A stretch of 64,000 nucleotides of DNA, taken from positions 136,462,001 through 136,526,000 of the forward strand of contig OX597818.1 in NCBI GenBank assembly GCA_951406725.2, in the 5' to 3' direction. Both the position numbers and the translations under genes were made by a program. Within the stretch, counting starts at the first letter, position 1. Each line of letters opens with the position of its first letter. Under the pieces are notes generated by a model. It saw nothing but the letters and a program-made list of their open reading frames with translations. It ran no database searches and was not told the origin of the DNA. Below are positions 26,091-39,319 of the stretch, piece by piece. Origin of the DNA: Octopus vulgaris (lineage: Eukaryota).

Positions 26091-26639
26091 AAATATGCAT
26101 ACAGGTACAAAGAATCAATAAAGCTTCACTGGCTAAATATACACACACTCACACATACGCACACACACACACTCACGCATATGCACACTCACATATACAC
26201 ACGCACACACACACATACACACTTATCGTTTTTTATTTTTATATCTTCTAGCATGGAATGGACAGACACACATATGCACACACACACACACACACACAGA
26301 CTCCCATTTCATACCAATCACTATCATCTCCACTTCACATCTTATTTCATTTTATTTCATGTAAAAGATAAGACATCACTCACAGCCAACCACGAGGACC
26401 ACCGCCGCCACAATGACAACCAAGCACCAATCCTGTGAAATAAAACATATCTGTATATATATTTTTTTCACACATAATTCCCTGATAAGCTTGGTGTCTC
26501 CCAGTTTTTTACTGTCTGCCAACCACTTCTATCTGTGTTGTTTCTGGTCTATCTCCTTCCAGTGGGAAAAATGTTGAAACTTCTCTCTTTTATCTATACT
26601 CACCAACCAACCTACCTACCTACCTACCTACCAACCAAC

Positions 26640-27400
26640 CTGTTTTCTGCTGTATTAACATAGAAGTCTGTCTGTTGAATGCAGCTTAGCTTGCAGTTAT
26701 TTCTGTACTATCACCACTACGCATCACCAATACCACCAAGCTCCCTCCAGGAAAAACCTTTATGTGGCCACTTGTTGACCGCCTACAAACTAGAAATGGC
26801 AGCTTCACATCCCTTTTATCTACATCTGTTAACGCAGTATGTCGTAGATGTCTGTCTGTTAGAGTAGCTTTACTTGCGCTGCCACTGCTATTGCTACCAC
26901 CGGCACCACAGTCCCTTTCTAGGTCTAATTGATCAGCTAGAAATAGCAGCTCCACATCCCTTTTATATACATCTGTTAACGCACTATGTCGTAGATGTCT
27001 GTCTGTTAGAGTAGCTTTACTTGTGCTGCCACTGCCATTGCTACCACCGGCACCACAGATCCCTTTCTAGGTCTAGTTAATCAGCTAGAAATAGCAGCTA
27101 TACATTCCTTTTATATACACCTATTAATTTACTATACCATAGAAGTCTGTCTATTATAGTAGCTTTGCTTGCATGCCACCACCACCAGTACCACCACCAC
27201 CACCACCACCACCACCACCACCACCACCACCACCACCAGTACCACCACCACCACCACTTTTCTGTATCAACACAGAGCTCTCTAGGGCTAAATGATTAGC
27301 TAGAAATAACAGTCACACATCCCTTTTATTTATAACTCAGTAATCTACCATACTACACTTTACTGTATTAACGATCTGTTATATCAGCTTAGCTTGCAAA
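26640..27400. repeat. Degenerate ~147 bp tandem repeat (about 5 copies) with an expanding (CAC)n tract
   Basis: CTAGAAATAGCAGC..CACATCCCTTTTAT recurs at about 26790, 26937, 27086 and 27300. Confidence 0.8.
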
Positions 27401-27597
27401 CCACGCCAAATTTTATATTTTTCCATCACACTTCCATTGTATGTGATTGCTACAGGATCACCAAGAAACAGCAGCCAAATATTCCTCAAATTACATCCTT
27501 GGATAGTGTATGTGATTCTTGCCTTACTTTAAATAAAATGTCATGGCTAGAATGCCTTTTCTTACAGGTTTGCTGAATGAAAACTGAGCTGTGGTTA

Positions 27598-27772
27598 ACC
27601 ACCACCACCACCACCACCACCACCACCACCACCACCACCACAACCGCCACCACCACCACCACCACCACCACCACCACCACCACCACCACCACCACCACCA
27701 CCACCACCACCACCACCACCACCACCACCACCACCACCACCACCACCACCACCACCACCACCATCACCACCT
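27598..27772. repeat. (CAC)n microsatellite
   Basis: Directly visible. Confidence 0.97.
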
Positions 27773-27796
27773 ACCATATTACAAGTAACATTCATT

Positions 27797-28065
27797 GGGC
27801 CGTTGCCAGCGCCGCCTTGGCTGGCTTCCGTGCCGGTGGCACGTTAAAAGCTCCAACCGATCGTGGCCGATGCCGGACCCCCCTGGCACCTGTGCAAGTG
27901 GCATGTAAAAAGCACCCACTACACTCGTGGAGTGGTTGGCGTTAGGAAGGGCATCCAGCTGTAGAAACTCTGACAGATCAGACTAGAGCCTGGTGCAACC
28001 TTCTGGCTTCCCAGACCCCGGTCGAACCGTCCAACCCATGCTAGCGCGGAAAACGGACGTTAAAC

Positions 28066-28097
<32 letters not shown>
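27797..28097 (+). mobile_element. Retroposon family C
   Basis: Conserved 3' end with (GAT)n tail. Confidence 0.9.
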
Positions 28098-28099
<2 letters not shown>

Positions 28100-28695
28100 C
28101 AATAATACAATACTTGATATGCTGGGTCTGAAGGAGATGAAATGGTCATGGAGAGAAGTCTTTGGTGAGAGCTAAGTTGGGGCTAACAATACCACCACTC
28201 CTCAGTTTGTTGGACCAGGGCTAAGCTGATTACAGACAGAACACTTGCTTATCTTAGTTGTTCCTCAAAGCACTCCCCTTTCTCCAGCACTCTTTCTTCT
28301 TATCTGTGAGTTTTTCTTCACATCCTTATCTAATGTGAAAGAATGGAATGGATAAAATACTGGACTACCAATTCCTGTTTTCTGAGTTCAATTCTACTTC
28401 TGTTGGTTTGGCAGTTTAATCAGCAGCAATTCACATTATCGCACACAGCATTAATTTTTCAACTAACTTTTTGATAATAATAGTCAGAACAGATCTGAAC
28501 ATGTTTATAGTAACAGACTATAGTTACATGAAATCAGGATGGGCAGCGTGATTTATCCACTTTGTACCATGACACTAGAGCTAAGTATCAACCTCAAGAA
28601 TGCTTTGTGGTTTAAATGACATTTAGCTCTTGTTATATGTTTCAGCTAAACAGTCATCATTATCAGCAGAAGAACCATCATTGTCATCATTATCA

Positions 28696-28768
<73 letters not shown>

Positions 28769-28819
28769 GTAGCAACAACATCAAATATGGTTTATTTTAC
28801 AAGACTGGTGCTGGTTGGC

Positions 28820-29295
28820 AATCAGCCCCAGCCCATTCAAAAGTACCTTGGATCGTAGGGCGACCTGCTGTGCTCGAGGAAACCTATTGAGTCAAGTACA
28901 TCAACATCAAAATAAAAATCAAATGGAAATTGTAGTTGCGATACCCGTAACGGTGGCACGTAAAAAGCACCATCCAAACGTGGCCAATGCACGTAAAAAG
29001 CACCATCTGAACGTAGCTGATGCCAGTGCCGCCTTGACTGGCTTTTGTGCCGGTGGCATGTAAAAAGCACCAACCGATCATGGTCGTTGCCAGACTCCTC
29101 TGGCCCTTGTGCTGGTGGCATGTAAAAAGCACCCACTACACTCTTGGAATGGTTGGCGTTAGGAAGGGCATCAAGCTGTAGAAACACTGCCAGATCAGAT
29201 TGGAACGTGGTGCAGCCTCCTGACTTCACAGACCCTGGGCGAACTGTCCAACCCATGCTAGCATGGAAAACGGACATTAAACGATGATGATGATG
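28820..29295 (+). mobile_element. Retroposon family C, longer form
   Basis: Extra upstream segment (CAAGTACATCAACATCAAAAT...AAATGGAAATTGTAGT), also seen reversed near 34860 and 44660; (GAT)n tail. Confidence 0.85.
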
Positions 29296-29842
29296 TGCTT
29301 TCTCTCTAAGGTGAAATAAAAAGAGGTTAACCAAGGCATACCCAGAGACGAAGGTGCCTGATGTGATGCCTCTTCCATATCACTTCTTTTGCTACAGTGC
29401 TACAGCTATAGCAGACAAATGTTACGGTGGTTGTTAATTTGGAGAACAATATATCAGTATAGAAAGGATGTTGCAGTGGTTAATTATGCAAAGTACATAA
29501 GATCAGAGAGGATAGAAATGTTGCAGTAGTTGGCTATATGAAATACAATGTATCAGAGAGTATCAGAAGAATTTTTCTGTGGTTGGTTATGAGGAGTACA
29601 AGTGCCAGGTAGTGTAGAAAAAATGTTATGGTTGGTTATGTGAAGGACAGGGTAACAAGGGATACAGAAACATTTTAGTGCTTGGATATGCAAAGCCTTC
29701 AGTAGTAGTAGATGGGATTTGAGTGAAGTTTGGTAACTGCAAAGATAATTCCAGACATGTTTCAGTTTTATTGGACCTCTTTAGTCAAGTATTGGCAATT
29801 AGCAAACATCAGAAAGACAGAGTGTATGAATGTGTGTGTGTG

Positions 29843-29888
<46 letters not shown>

Positions 29889-30459
29889 GAAAGAGATATA
29901 GAGAAAGTATAATCTACAGAATGAAAACAAAGTATAATTCTAAATGCAAATATTTAATTTCCTTGTGATTCCAGAACCAGAGTGTTTATTATTAAAGTGA
30001 TAAATTATAGTGTTGAACATGTTTGTCTAAGTTCCCACCCCTAACAAGCCAATAGACTAAGGGTGGGATTTATAATAATGTTGATGATGTGATGTTATCT
30101 CTGTCTGATTATTTAATAAAGGTGATAATTATCAGAATTTGAAGAATGATGATAAACACCATTCTGTCTATGCTACTTGTTTTGATAGACATACTCACAT
30201 GCATTTGTACATATGCATATACAAATACACCCTTATATGAATATATATATATATATATATATATGTGCAGTATAAAATTCATATACATGTACACATATGC
30301 ATGGCAGATTTCATACAAACGCATATATGTATGTGTGTGTATATGCTTTGAGATGTTAGTATGCATGTAAATGTGGTTAAAGCACAGCAATCATTTGGAG
30401 AGAAGGAGACATTAATCTACACACACACACACACACACACACTCATGCGCACACACATT

Positions 30460-30815
30460 TTTTTTGCTCTCCTTGTTTTTTCTGTCCCTTTCTGTAGAAG
30501 AGCGTAGGCTCGAAACGTAAAAGACTTTTTCCCTTCCTGAGTGTTATACTAATACATCTGTTTGTTTTGTACACCATTTGTCTTCGTCTTTTGTGTTTTT
30601 TTGTAAACTCTCCCTATATATGTACTGTTGGCGATTTTTTTTCCTCTGTCTTCCCTTCTCGGGATCTTTCCTTCTCCTATGTTTCCGACGAAGAGCTCCA
30701 CTCGAAACGTTAAACCCTCCTTCTTCCCTTCTTTCCTGAGCGTCCAATAATACTTTATTTGTTCCACATCCTTGCGTTGTTGTGTTTTTTGTGCTTTCTT
30801 GTTTGGATTAACTAT
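30460..30815 (+). mobile_element. Tandem pair of ~190 bp units, each with a minimal type I hammerhead-like motif (retrozyme/Penelope-type)
   Basis: CTTT-CTGTAGA-A-GAGC-gtag-GCTC-GAA-ACGT-A-AAAG (30488-30523) and GTTT-CCGACGA-A-GAG-ctcca-CTC-GAA-ACGT-T-AAAC (30681-30715). Confidence 0.65.
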
Positions 30816-30837
30816 ATATATATAGATATACACACAC

Positions 30838-30876
<39 letters not shown>

Positions 30877-31292
30877 TGAGAGGCGGTGAGTATGGCACGG
30901 GCGACTGCTGATCTTCCATAAACAACCTTGCCTGGACTTGTGTCTAGGAGGGTATGTTTAGTGGTATCCCATGGTCTGCTGTTACATTCTAGATACACAC
31001 GCACATTCATACACACACACAACTTTGCCTATATATCTATATATATATATAATATATATAAGTATCAGTTATCTGAGATGGCAAATCGTTAGCATGCTGG
31101 GTGAAATGTTTAGTGGTATTTTGTCTGCTGTTACATTCTGAGTTCTTTTGCCCCAAGGTCAACTTTGCCTTTCGTCCTTTCGGGGACGTTAACACACCAG
31201 TACATTGGTTATGCACTGGGGTTGACAATCCCTTTGATGTCACAAACACACACACACACACACATATAAGAAATATATATATATGTATATGA

Positions 31293-31478
31293 CTCTTACT
31301 CTTTACTCTTTTAGTTTTTCAGTCTTTGACTGCAAATCCACTGCTGGAGCACCGCATTGGTCGACCCGGGACTTATTCTTTGTAAGCCTAGTACTTACTA
31401 TCGGTCTCTTTTGCCGAACCCAACACACCAGCATCGGTTGTCAAGCAATGCTAGGGGGACAAACACAGACACACAAAC

Positions 31479-31531
<53 letters not shown>

Positions 31532-31695
31532 TATGACAGGCTTCTTTCAGTTTCCGTCTACCAAATCCACTCACAAGGTATTGGTCGGCCCGGGGCTATA
31601 GCAAAAGCACTTGCCCAAGATGCCACACAGTGGGACTGAACCCGGAACCATGTGGTTGGTTAGCAAACTACTTACCACACAGCCACTCCTGTGCC
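31293..31695 (-). mobile_element. SINE family A
   Basis: Match to 25115-25535 with small deletions. Confidence 0.88.
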
Positions 31696-31844
31696 TATAT
31701 AAAATTTTTGACGCTATTTTGAAGGCTATAAGACAATGCGCAAACACTCAGCTCTGAATACACAACTTCCTATAGCAGAAACAGCTGTAAGCTAATGAAA
31801 TTCATTAAGTAATTCCTGTTGCCTTGTCATTTCATTAATTCATA

Positions 31845-32170
31845 CATCCATACATACATATCTATCTGTCTGTCTGTCTATCTATCAATCTGTTTGTCTG
31901 TCTGTCTATCTATCAATCTGTCTGTCTGTCTATCTATCCATCTGGTTGTCTGTCTGTCTATCTATCTATCTGTCTGTCTATCTATCTATCTATCTGTTTG
32001 TCTGTCTGTCTATCTATCTATCTATCTATATGTCTGTCTATCTATCAATCTGTTTGTCTGTCTGTCTATCTATCTATCTATCTGTCTGTCTATCTATCTA
32101 TCTGTTTGTCTGTCTGTCAATGTATGCATACATGCATCCATACATGCATACATACATACATACATACACA
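31845..32170. repeat. (TCTA)/(TCTG)/(TACA) tetranucleotide microsatellite
   Basis: Directly visible. Confidence 0.95.
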
Positions 32171-32244
32171 TAAAGGGCACTGTCCTTTTTACCAGCAAAT
32201 AAAAAAATGTATACAAGTGCTTCATGTGAGGTAAAATATATAAG

Positions 32245-32400
32245 GTTTGGGGAGGGTGCCGTTTGATTTAGATCAACCTCCAGTATGCAACTGGTACTTG
32301 ATCTATTGACCCCGATGGAATTTGAACTCAGAACGTAGCAGCAGATGAAATACCGCTAAGCATTTCGCCCGGTGAGCTAAGAATTCTGCCAGCTCGCCGT
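32245..32400 (-). mobile_element. SINE family B, internally deleted
   Basis: GGAATTTGAACTCAGAACGTAGC...CTGCCAGCTCGCC is the reverse of the tRNA-like head. Confidence 0.8.
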
Positions 32401-33534
32401 CTTTAGCATATTAATAATAATAATCTTAAGATACCATGTCTGTTATTTGCGGTTAACTATCTGTCTGATCTATAGATGTATTTAGCTGAAATTAGTATCT
32501 CTGCTTCTGATTGTTTACCTCTTAAAACTGAACTTATCCCAGACTATCAGCATGAATGGAATTAATTTTTTCAAAAGAGTTTCAATTCTATAACTGTTAT
32601 TCAATTTAAAGTATTTTTATCTCTGAATATTATTTTCAGTTTCTTAGTGCTAATTCTAAAATATTCCATCAAGAATATATTAATGTGTTTCCCCACAACT
32701 CTGCTAGAAGTAATTGAATTTAGTCTAGTTCAGTTTAACATGACTTCTTCCAGAGTAATTTTCCAGTAATTTATTTTTTAAAAATACACTAATTTAAAAA
32801 AAATCTTCTTGTTATTACTTATACATATGCATATATATGTATATATGTGGGCATGTGTGTTTATTATGAACGATATTATACACCTACCCAGTTATTATTT
32901 CATTGCTATTTCAGCAAGCACAGTGAAACATGTTTCACTGAAGAGGTCTAATAATACTGAAACATGTCAAGAGTTGTCTCCTATACTTGCCAGAATAATT
33001 AAGATAGCATTGTTTATTGAGCTAGTGCTGTCTTTTCCTCACCCTATTTTTTATAATTAGATATTACTCATTACATCAAATGTGCTAACAATGAATTATC
33101 TATTTTTTTGTTGCCCAGATAGTATCTCTGAGTAATTAATCTCAGTAATTTCTTTTTAAAATTATTGTAGTCTACCTCATTCCTTAACTTTTCTTCACCT
33201 TTATCTTCCAATTTTCTCTTTTAAAACTTTGTTTCTCCCTTCTGCTGTCTCACTGTATTGTTGTTAGTGGTACCCTACAACATATTTGTAGCCTATGAAT
33301 ACTGACTGGGCAATTCTGTTGGACATTTTTATCTCCATTCAACACATCTATCTATGACAGTCTTCCTTCTAGTGTGTCTGCAGTCCTATAATGTAGGATG
33401 CACTGAGGTGATTGGCTGTTGCTGTCTAGATGCTGGTGATTTGGCATGGCTGACAGGAAATTGAACCCATTTTGGCAATAGTTTGCTTTTGCTGACTGAG
33501 CTTTTTGGCACTGGTGACAAATATGTGTATACAT

Positions 33535-34092
33535 ACAGTCTCACAGAGGCAAAGTGGTTGAGCTCCTTTCGAATGTTGGGCCCCACAGAGGCAATGACTG
33601 AGACATTTGGCATTATGCCCCGCTTGAGAAGAAGACCCATGAAGCCAAGTAAAATCACAGTCGTGGCAGATACTGGTGTCACTCAAATGGCACCTGTGCT
33701 GGTGGCATATAAAACCACCTTTCAAGCATTGAGCCTCACAGAAGCAAGGACCGAGACCATTTGGCATTATGCCAGGCTTTGAGCATTGGGCCTTACAGAG
33801 GCAATGGCTGAGTCGATTTGGCATTATGTTGTGCTTGAGAAGAAGACCCATCAAACCACGTAAAACTGCAGTCATGGTAGCACCGGTGTCACACAAATGG
33901 CGTCTGTGCCAGTGACACATAAAAGCACTCATTACACTCTTGGAGTGGCTGGTGTTAGGAAGGGCATCCAGCAGTAGAAATCATGCCAAAACAGACTGGA
34001 GTCTCATGCAGCCTTCTGGCTTGCCAGCCCTGGTCAAACTGTCCAAACCATGCCAGCATGGACAACAGATGTTAAATGATGATGATGATGAT
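33535..34092 (+). mobile_element. Retroposon family C, old long form with internal duplications
   Basis: Repeated TTTGGCATTATG..CTTGAGAAGAAGACCCAT blocks, then the family C 3' end and (GAT)n. Confidence 0.75.
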
Positions 34093-34126
34093 ATATAGAA
34101 ATATACATATGCAGATTATATACATA

Positions 34127-34478
34127 CCTTTTACTTGTCTCAGTCATTAGACTGTGGCCATGCTGGGGCACCGCCTTCAAGAATTTTAGTTGAATGAATT
34201 GACCCAAGTACATTTTTTTAAAGCCTGGTACTTATCCTATCAATCTCTTTTGCTGAACTGTTAAGTTATGGGGATGTAAACACACCAACACTGGTTGTCA
34301 AGTGCTGGTCAGGGAACAAACACAGACATGAAGACACATGCAAATATAATATATACATATATACGACAGGCATCTTTCAGTTTCTGTCTACCAAATCCAC
34401 TCACAAGGCTTTTGATCAGCCTGAGACTAGAGTAGAAGGTGCCACACAGTGGGACTGAACCTGGGAGCTTCTTACCAC
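34127..34478 (-). mobile_element. SINE family A, diverged
   Basis: Family A tail and body motifs, reversed. Confidence 0.8.
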
Positions 34479-34535
<57 letters not shown>

Positions 34536-35284
34536 GGATAGATAGAGATTGCAATTTATTAATTGAATCCAGTTGATAGAAACACTTTCCCTTCTCTTCA
34601 CATACAGAGAAATATGTTTGCACACACAAACACAGAGAGAGGGAGAGGGTGGGATGAGAAGGCGAGAAACATTAAAATGTTTTAAATGACCCTAAATGCT
34701 ACAAACACATCCCCTCTTCAAATATGTATGAAGAAAACACACACAACCCCACAAATAGAGTGAGAGGGAGGGGGAGATCTGGTAGTGTTTCTACAGCTGG
34801 ATGCCCTTCCTAACGCCAACCACTCTGTGAGTGTAGTGGGTGCTTTTTACGTGCCACCGGCACGGGTATCTTAACTACAATTTCCATCTGATTTTTATTT
34901 TGATGTTGGTGTTAGTATTAGAAAGGACATCCAGCTGCAGAAACCAAGCCAAAATGGATAATCAAAACTGGTGTGGTCCCTGGATTTGCCAGTTCCTGTC
35001 GAGATGGATAACCTATGCTAGCATGGAAAACGGTCATTAAATGTTGATTAGTTTAGTAGTTGTGTGCACAAGTTAGTTGTCAACCAGAATAGGAAAATGC
35101 TTCATGGTGCCAAAAAGCCAGCGTCAAATCAGTGATGCCAAACAGGCAAAGCCAAAACAGCTGTACTAAAACATCTTAAGGACCAATTTAGAACATACAT
35201 GGAATCTCTACTTCTAAATGAGTTACTGAATGAGCAAATCCAAACCACACCTAGAGAAAGGTCACCTGATTGATTGGTCATTAA

Positions 35285-35500
35285 CCTTTTAGAATTCAGA
35301 TTACTCTGTCAAATGTAATGCTTATTTACTGACATTGGTTTGAATTAATCATGCATTATCTTGTAACTTTGAGATTTCAATGATATTATTGCTTATTTTC
35401 AGAATGACATTATAGGGTAGGTGTGAGAAGCCAGATTTGATCAATCTGAACGTGAAACAAAGTTTTGGGGTCAGTTAGGGCCTTTTTAAATGCTAAAGGG
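35285..35500. mobile_element. piggyBac-like MITE (TTAA site)
   Basis: TTAA-CCTTTTAGAATT...AATGCTAAAGGG-CTAA; second family copy at 39596-39787. Confidence 0.7.
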
Positions 35501-36257
35501 CTAAGCTACTCTAATCCCTAATCCCTACCATGCAAATGTATTGTCTTCTGCTATCACAAAGGCCTTTGGTCTAGAGTTGCAGTTTTCTTTTTATTAGATT
35601 TGTTGGTTAACCCTAGGTCAACCATGATCCACCAAACCTATGATCTAGTCTTTCATCTTTCTCCTCATTGGTGGAGATATTAATTCGCTGAAGGTCAACT
35701 TTATCCAGTAAACATGATCAAAAGCATTCCACCAATGATCATCTTACCCTTTTAGGAGTATAAAGAATTACATTTATCTAATGTGTTACAAATGTAATTT
35801 GAGGGAAATTTGGTTGTTTTTTCTAGCACATCAAGTGACTGTATGGAAATTCTTATTGGCTGATGGAAGTTACATGTGGTTTTAGATTTGGTCCTATTGC
35901 ATGACTTCTTAGGCAAGTGTTTTCTACCACAGATCCAGGTGGATCAAAGTTTTGAGGGTGAAATTAAGTAGATGGAAACACTACAGAAACCTGTTAAGTA
36001 GAATATACCTGTTCTTGGTTGGTAAACATAATCTTCCACCTTGTTTAATATTACTGTAGCAGAAGCATGATCACTCTTTACCTTTAGGTATCCACATTTT
36101 GCCTCTTTACCCTTTTATTGTTGGAATAAATGTTGTAGTCAATTTTATTGTGTCTTCATACTTATTGATGTTTGTTATCCTGACTCTTATAAACCCAGAA
36201 GATATTATTTACATTATTTACATTTGATGGATATTTGTCCTCATCTTGTTTGTTGTT

Positions 36258-36303
36258 AACACAATGTTTCGGCTGATGTACCCTCCAACCTTCTTCAGGT
36301 GTC
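36258..36303 (-). ncRNA. Minimal type I hammerhead ribozyme motif
   Basis: GACAC-CTGAAGA-A-GGTTG-loop10-CAGCC-GAA-ACAT-T-GTGTT: intact CUGANGA/GAAA core, stems I and II pair; ACAT is likely a CpG-decayed ACGT palindrome. Confidence 0.65.
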
Positions 36304-36468
36304 TTGGGGAATTTTCGAACCTGGGTTCTCACTCCTAAGGTATTTTTCGATGTTATTATTATCATTATTATTGTTCAGGTCACTGCTTGGAATCAAACTT
36401 GATATCTTGGGGTTAGTAGCCTGTGCTCTTAATGTATATAATTCCTCATCTCTTAAATATAGAACTGT

Positions 36469-36797
36469 GAGGGCGCGTGGCTTAGTGGTTAGGGCATTCG
36501 GCTCATGATCGTAAGGTTGTGAGTTCGATTCCCGGTGACGCGTTGTGTCCTTGAGCAAGACACTTTATTTCACGTTGCTCCAGTCCACTCAGCTGTCAAA
36601 AATGAGTTGTACTTGTATTTCAAAGGGTCAGCCTTGTCACTCTCTGTGTCACGCTGATTATCCCCGAGAACTACGTTAAGGGTACACGTGTCTGTGGAAT
36701 GCTCAGCCATTTGCACGTTAATTTTCACGAGCAAGCTGTTCCGTTGATCGTATCAGCTGGGACCCTCGTCGTCGTAACCGGCGGAGTCAAAGGAAGG
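36469..36797 (+). mobile_element. tRNA-derived SINE, family D (V-SINE-like TGTGTCCTTGAGCAAGACACTT segment), 14 bp TSD
   Basis: A box TGGCTTAGTGG, B box GAGTTCGATTCC; AAATATAGAACTGT at 36455-36468 and 36798-36811. Confidence 0.9.
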
Positions 36798-39089
36798 AAA
36801 TATAGAACTGTATCTAGAAGATATTATATCACCAGGGCTTAAGCCACACATCCATCCTTTCCATTTTGCTAAATTACCAACACTTGGTTCTTTGGGTGCT
36901 TTTAGTGAATCCACTCTAAGTACATTTGGTAAAGATCTGTGGTCCTATGGTCCATGCATGCATAGCGAGTTGTCGTCTCTTCCCTTCTTCAGTCTTGGAG
37001 AATGTAGAAAGGCATGGGTGTAACACTATCACTCATTCATAAAAAAATAATTTTGAAAAAAGCAACAAGAATTTGAAAGAATGTCAAAAATTATAATTGT
37101 AGTAATATCACTTTTTTTATTCAGAAACATTACATTTCATGATTAGTTTTCTCTTTTTAAATTTTTGAAAAATTATTCTTTGTTATTATAAAACTTATAA
37201 TTAGCTTCGGATGAAAGAATGTATAAACTCTACAACATGTATTGAGTATTTTTTACTTCTGGTTAGACATATTATGATGTATATCTCCATTAAAATAATA
37301 AATGTCTTAATCCAGCATGATACCAGTTGTTTGCATATCTATACTTTATTCTATCCTACACATACCAGCTCGATTGAAATAAGCCAATCCTCATTTAGGC
37401 AGCTATAGCATTTTAAGCAGCAGTTCAAGTTGGAGTTTAGGCAGAAAGACAACCTGAGCATATATGTAACTATCATTGACATAATATTATATATATATAT
37501 ATGAAAATAGTAATTAGTTATAACATAATTGGTTAAATTCTTTGAAGTATGTCAGAATAATTATAGTACTGAGCAGTAAGATACCTCTTGAGCTAATAAT
37601 TAACTATGAAGTTAGGGGTTCTGGTTTTTAATTTAATAGATCAAAATTGGTTGAATTTTTAAAACTGAAATTAAAAAAAAAAAGTTAGTTTTTTCATTTT
37701 ATTTAACTTGAAATTTTAAGCTGTAATCTAAGAAACTAAAAATTAAATCTGAAGTTATTAAAAAAAAAATTATTTTAAAAACCAAAATTGGATAATCCTC
37801 TAAAATTCCAAAATAGGATTTTGATGGCCAAATTTGATTTTTTGGTATTTTTTAAAATCCAAATACAAGTTCAGATTTCAATTACACATTCAAAAAGAAT
37901 TTGAGATTCAAATTTTCCCCTCTTGATTTTAATTTATGGAAATATGACAGTTTTCTAAATTTGAAATTTCAAACTGAATATGTGAGAAAAAAAAAATAGT
38001 ATTCTAATCTTTGGAAATTACAGTCCTAAAAGAAATTGAGGGGTAACAAAAGAAGGCGGAATGGAGAGATGAACCTGATATTTCAATAAAAAAACCAAGT
38101 AATATCATTATTATAATAATTTTTAGCACATCAGCTATATAGGAATCAATTTTGTCATTTCCAACATAGTTTGCAAAAGGAAAGAATTTCAAATCTTGTT
38201 TTCCTTTTTATTCAGGTTTCATCAAGATTCTCACAGGTTCTTTGAAAAGAATGTTGGAAATAATAATAATAATAAAATATCAAAATTGAAACCATATACA
38301 CCTATTTCCTTTGATGTTGTTGTTTTAATGTACCAGTAGCATTGGTGTCTATCAAACAACATTCCTATTGTTCCATCTGCAAAAGGCTTCAAGTCTTGCT
38401 ATCCAAGGTTTCCACAAGGCTGTCATGATTCAGAGAGTAATAGGAATGGTGTTGGATGTGTCCGATCAATAACACTGGCTGTTTAGTTCATCAAAGGGAT
38501 GTGTCTATATATACCTGAAAAAGCAAAAAAAAATTTTTAATTAAATAACCATAAAATATTACTGTTTATTTGTTATTATGAGGAAGTACTGGCTGGGTTC
38601 ACTGCCTTTTTATCTCTTTATGGAGAAGATGTCGCAATATGTGCAGTTGATGGTGAGTTTGTGTTTATTTATCAGGGGGATAGTTGGAGTAGAAGGTATA
38701 GGATCTGTTGATATTGATATAAACACACAGTATTTGGTGTTGTGTAGAGGAGTTTGAAGGGAGAAGTGACAAAGTAATATTACCCAATGGCTGGACATGT
38801 TTTCATGGAAGACTGGAAATGATTGACACAATTTGTGTTAGTGACACTTGTTTACAACTATTGTGCAATGTCAAGACAAGGAGACACAGACACACAAATA
38901 ATGAATTTTTTTCTGATTCCTTCTACCAAATATACTGACAAGGTTTTGGTTGACCTGGGCCTATGGTATAAGACACTTGCCCAAGGTATCTTGCAGCGGG
39001 GCAGAACTCTATGTGATTGCGAAGCAAGCTTCTTAACCACATAACCATGTCTGCACTAGTATATTTTTGTAGATAGGTATCATGTGTAG

Positions 39090-39319
39090 AAGGCAGTGAG
39101 CTGGCAGAAATGTTGGCACGCTAGGCGAAATGCTTAGCGGTATTTCGTCTGCCGCTACATTCTGAGTTCAAATTCCGCAGAGGTCAACTTTGCCTTTCAT
39201 CCTTTCAGGGTCGATTAAATATGTACCAGTTACGCACTGGGGTCGATATAATCGACTTAATCCGTCTGTCTGTCCTTGTTTGTCTCCTCTGTGTTTAGCC
39301 CATTGTGGGTAGTAAAGAA
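39090..39319 (+). mobile_element. SINE family B monomer with a 17 bp TSD
   Basis: ATAGGTATCATG(T/G)GTAG at 39073-39089 and 39320-39336; GAGTTCAAATTCC B box. Confidence 0.9.

Larger units (their letters stand above)
36209..36815 (-). mobile_element. tRNA-headed retroposon carrying a hammerhead motif, apparently 5'-inverted, with a 12 bp TSD and a nested SINE
   Basis: AGAAGATATTAT at 36197-36208 and 36816-36827; minus strand has a tRNA-like head (AAGAGCACAGGCTACTAACCCCAAG...AGTTTGATTCC) and a hammerhead at 36258-36303. Confidence 0.65.

Noticed and set aside
33352-33534. Possible Penelope GIY-YIG remnant (SAMPNHQHL...PQC..HY)
   Set aside because: Resemblance too weak; no GIY/YIG motif seen.
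36469-36540. tRNA gene
   Set aside because: A and B boxes are present, but it continues into a SINE body with a TSD and has no proper acceptor stem.
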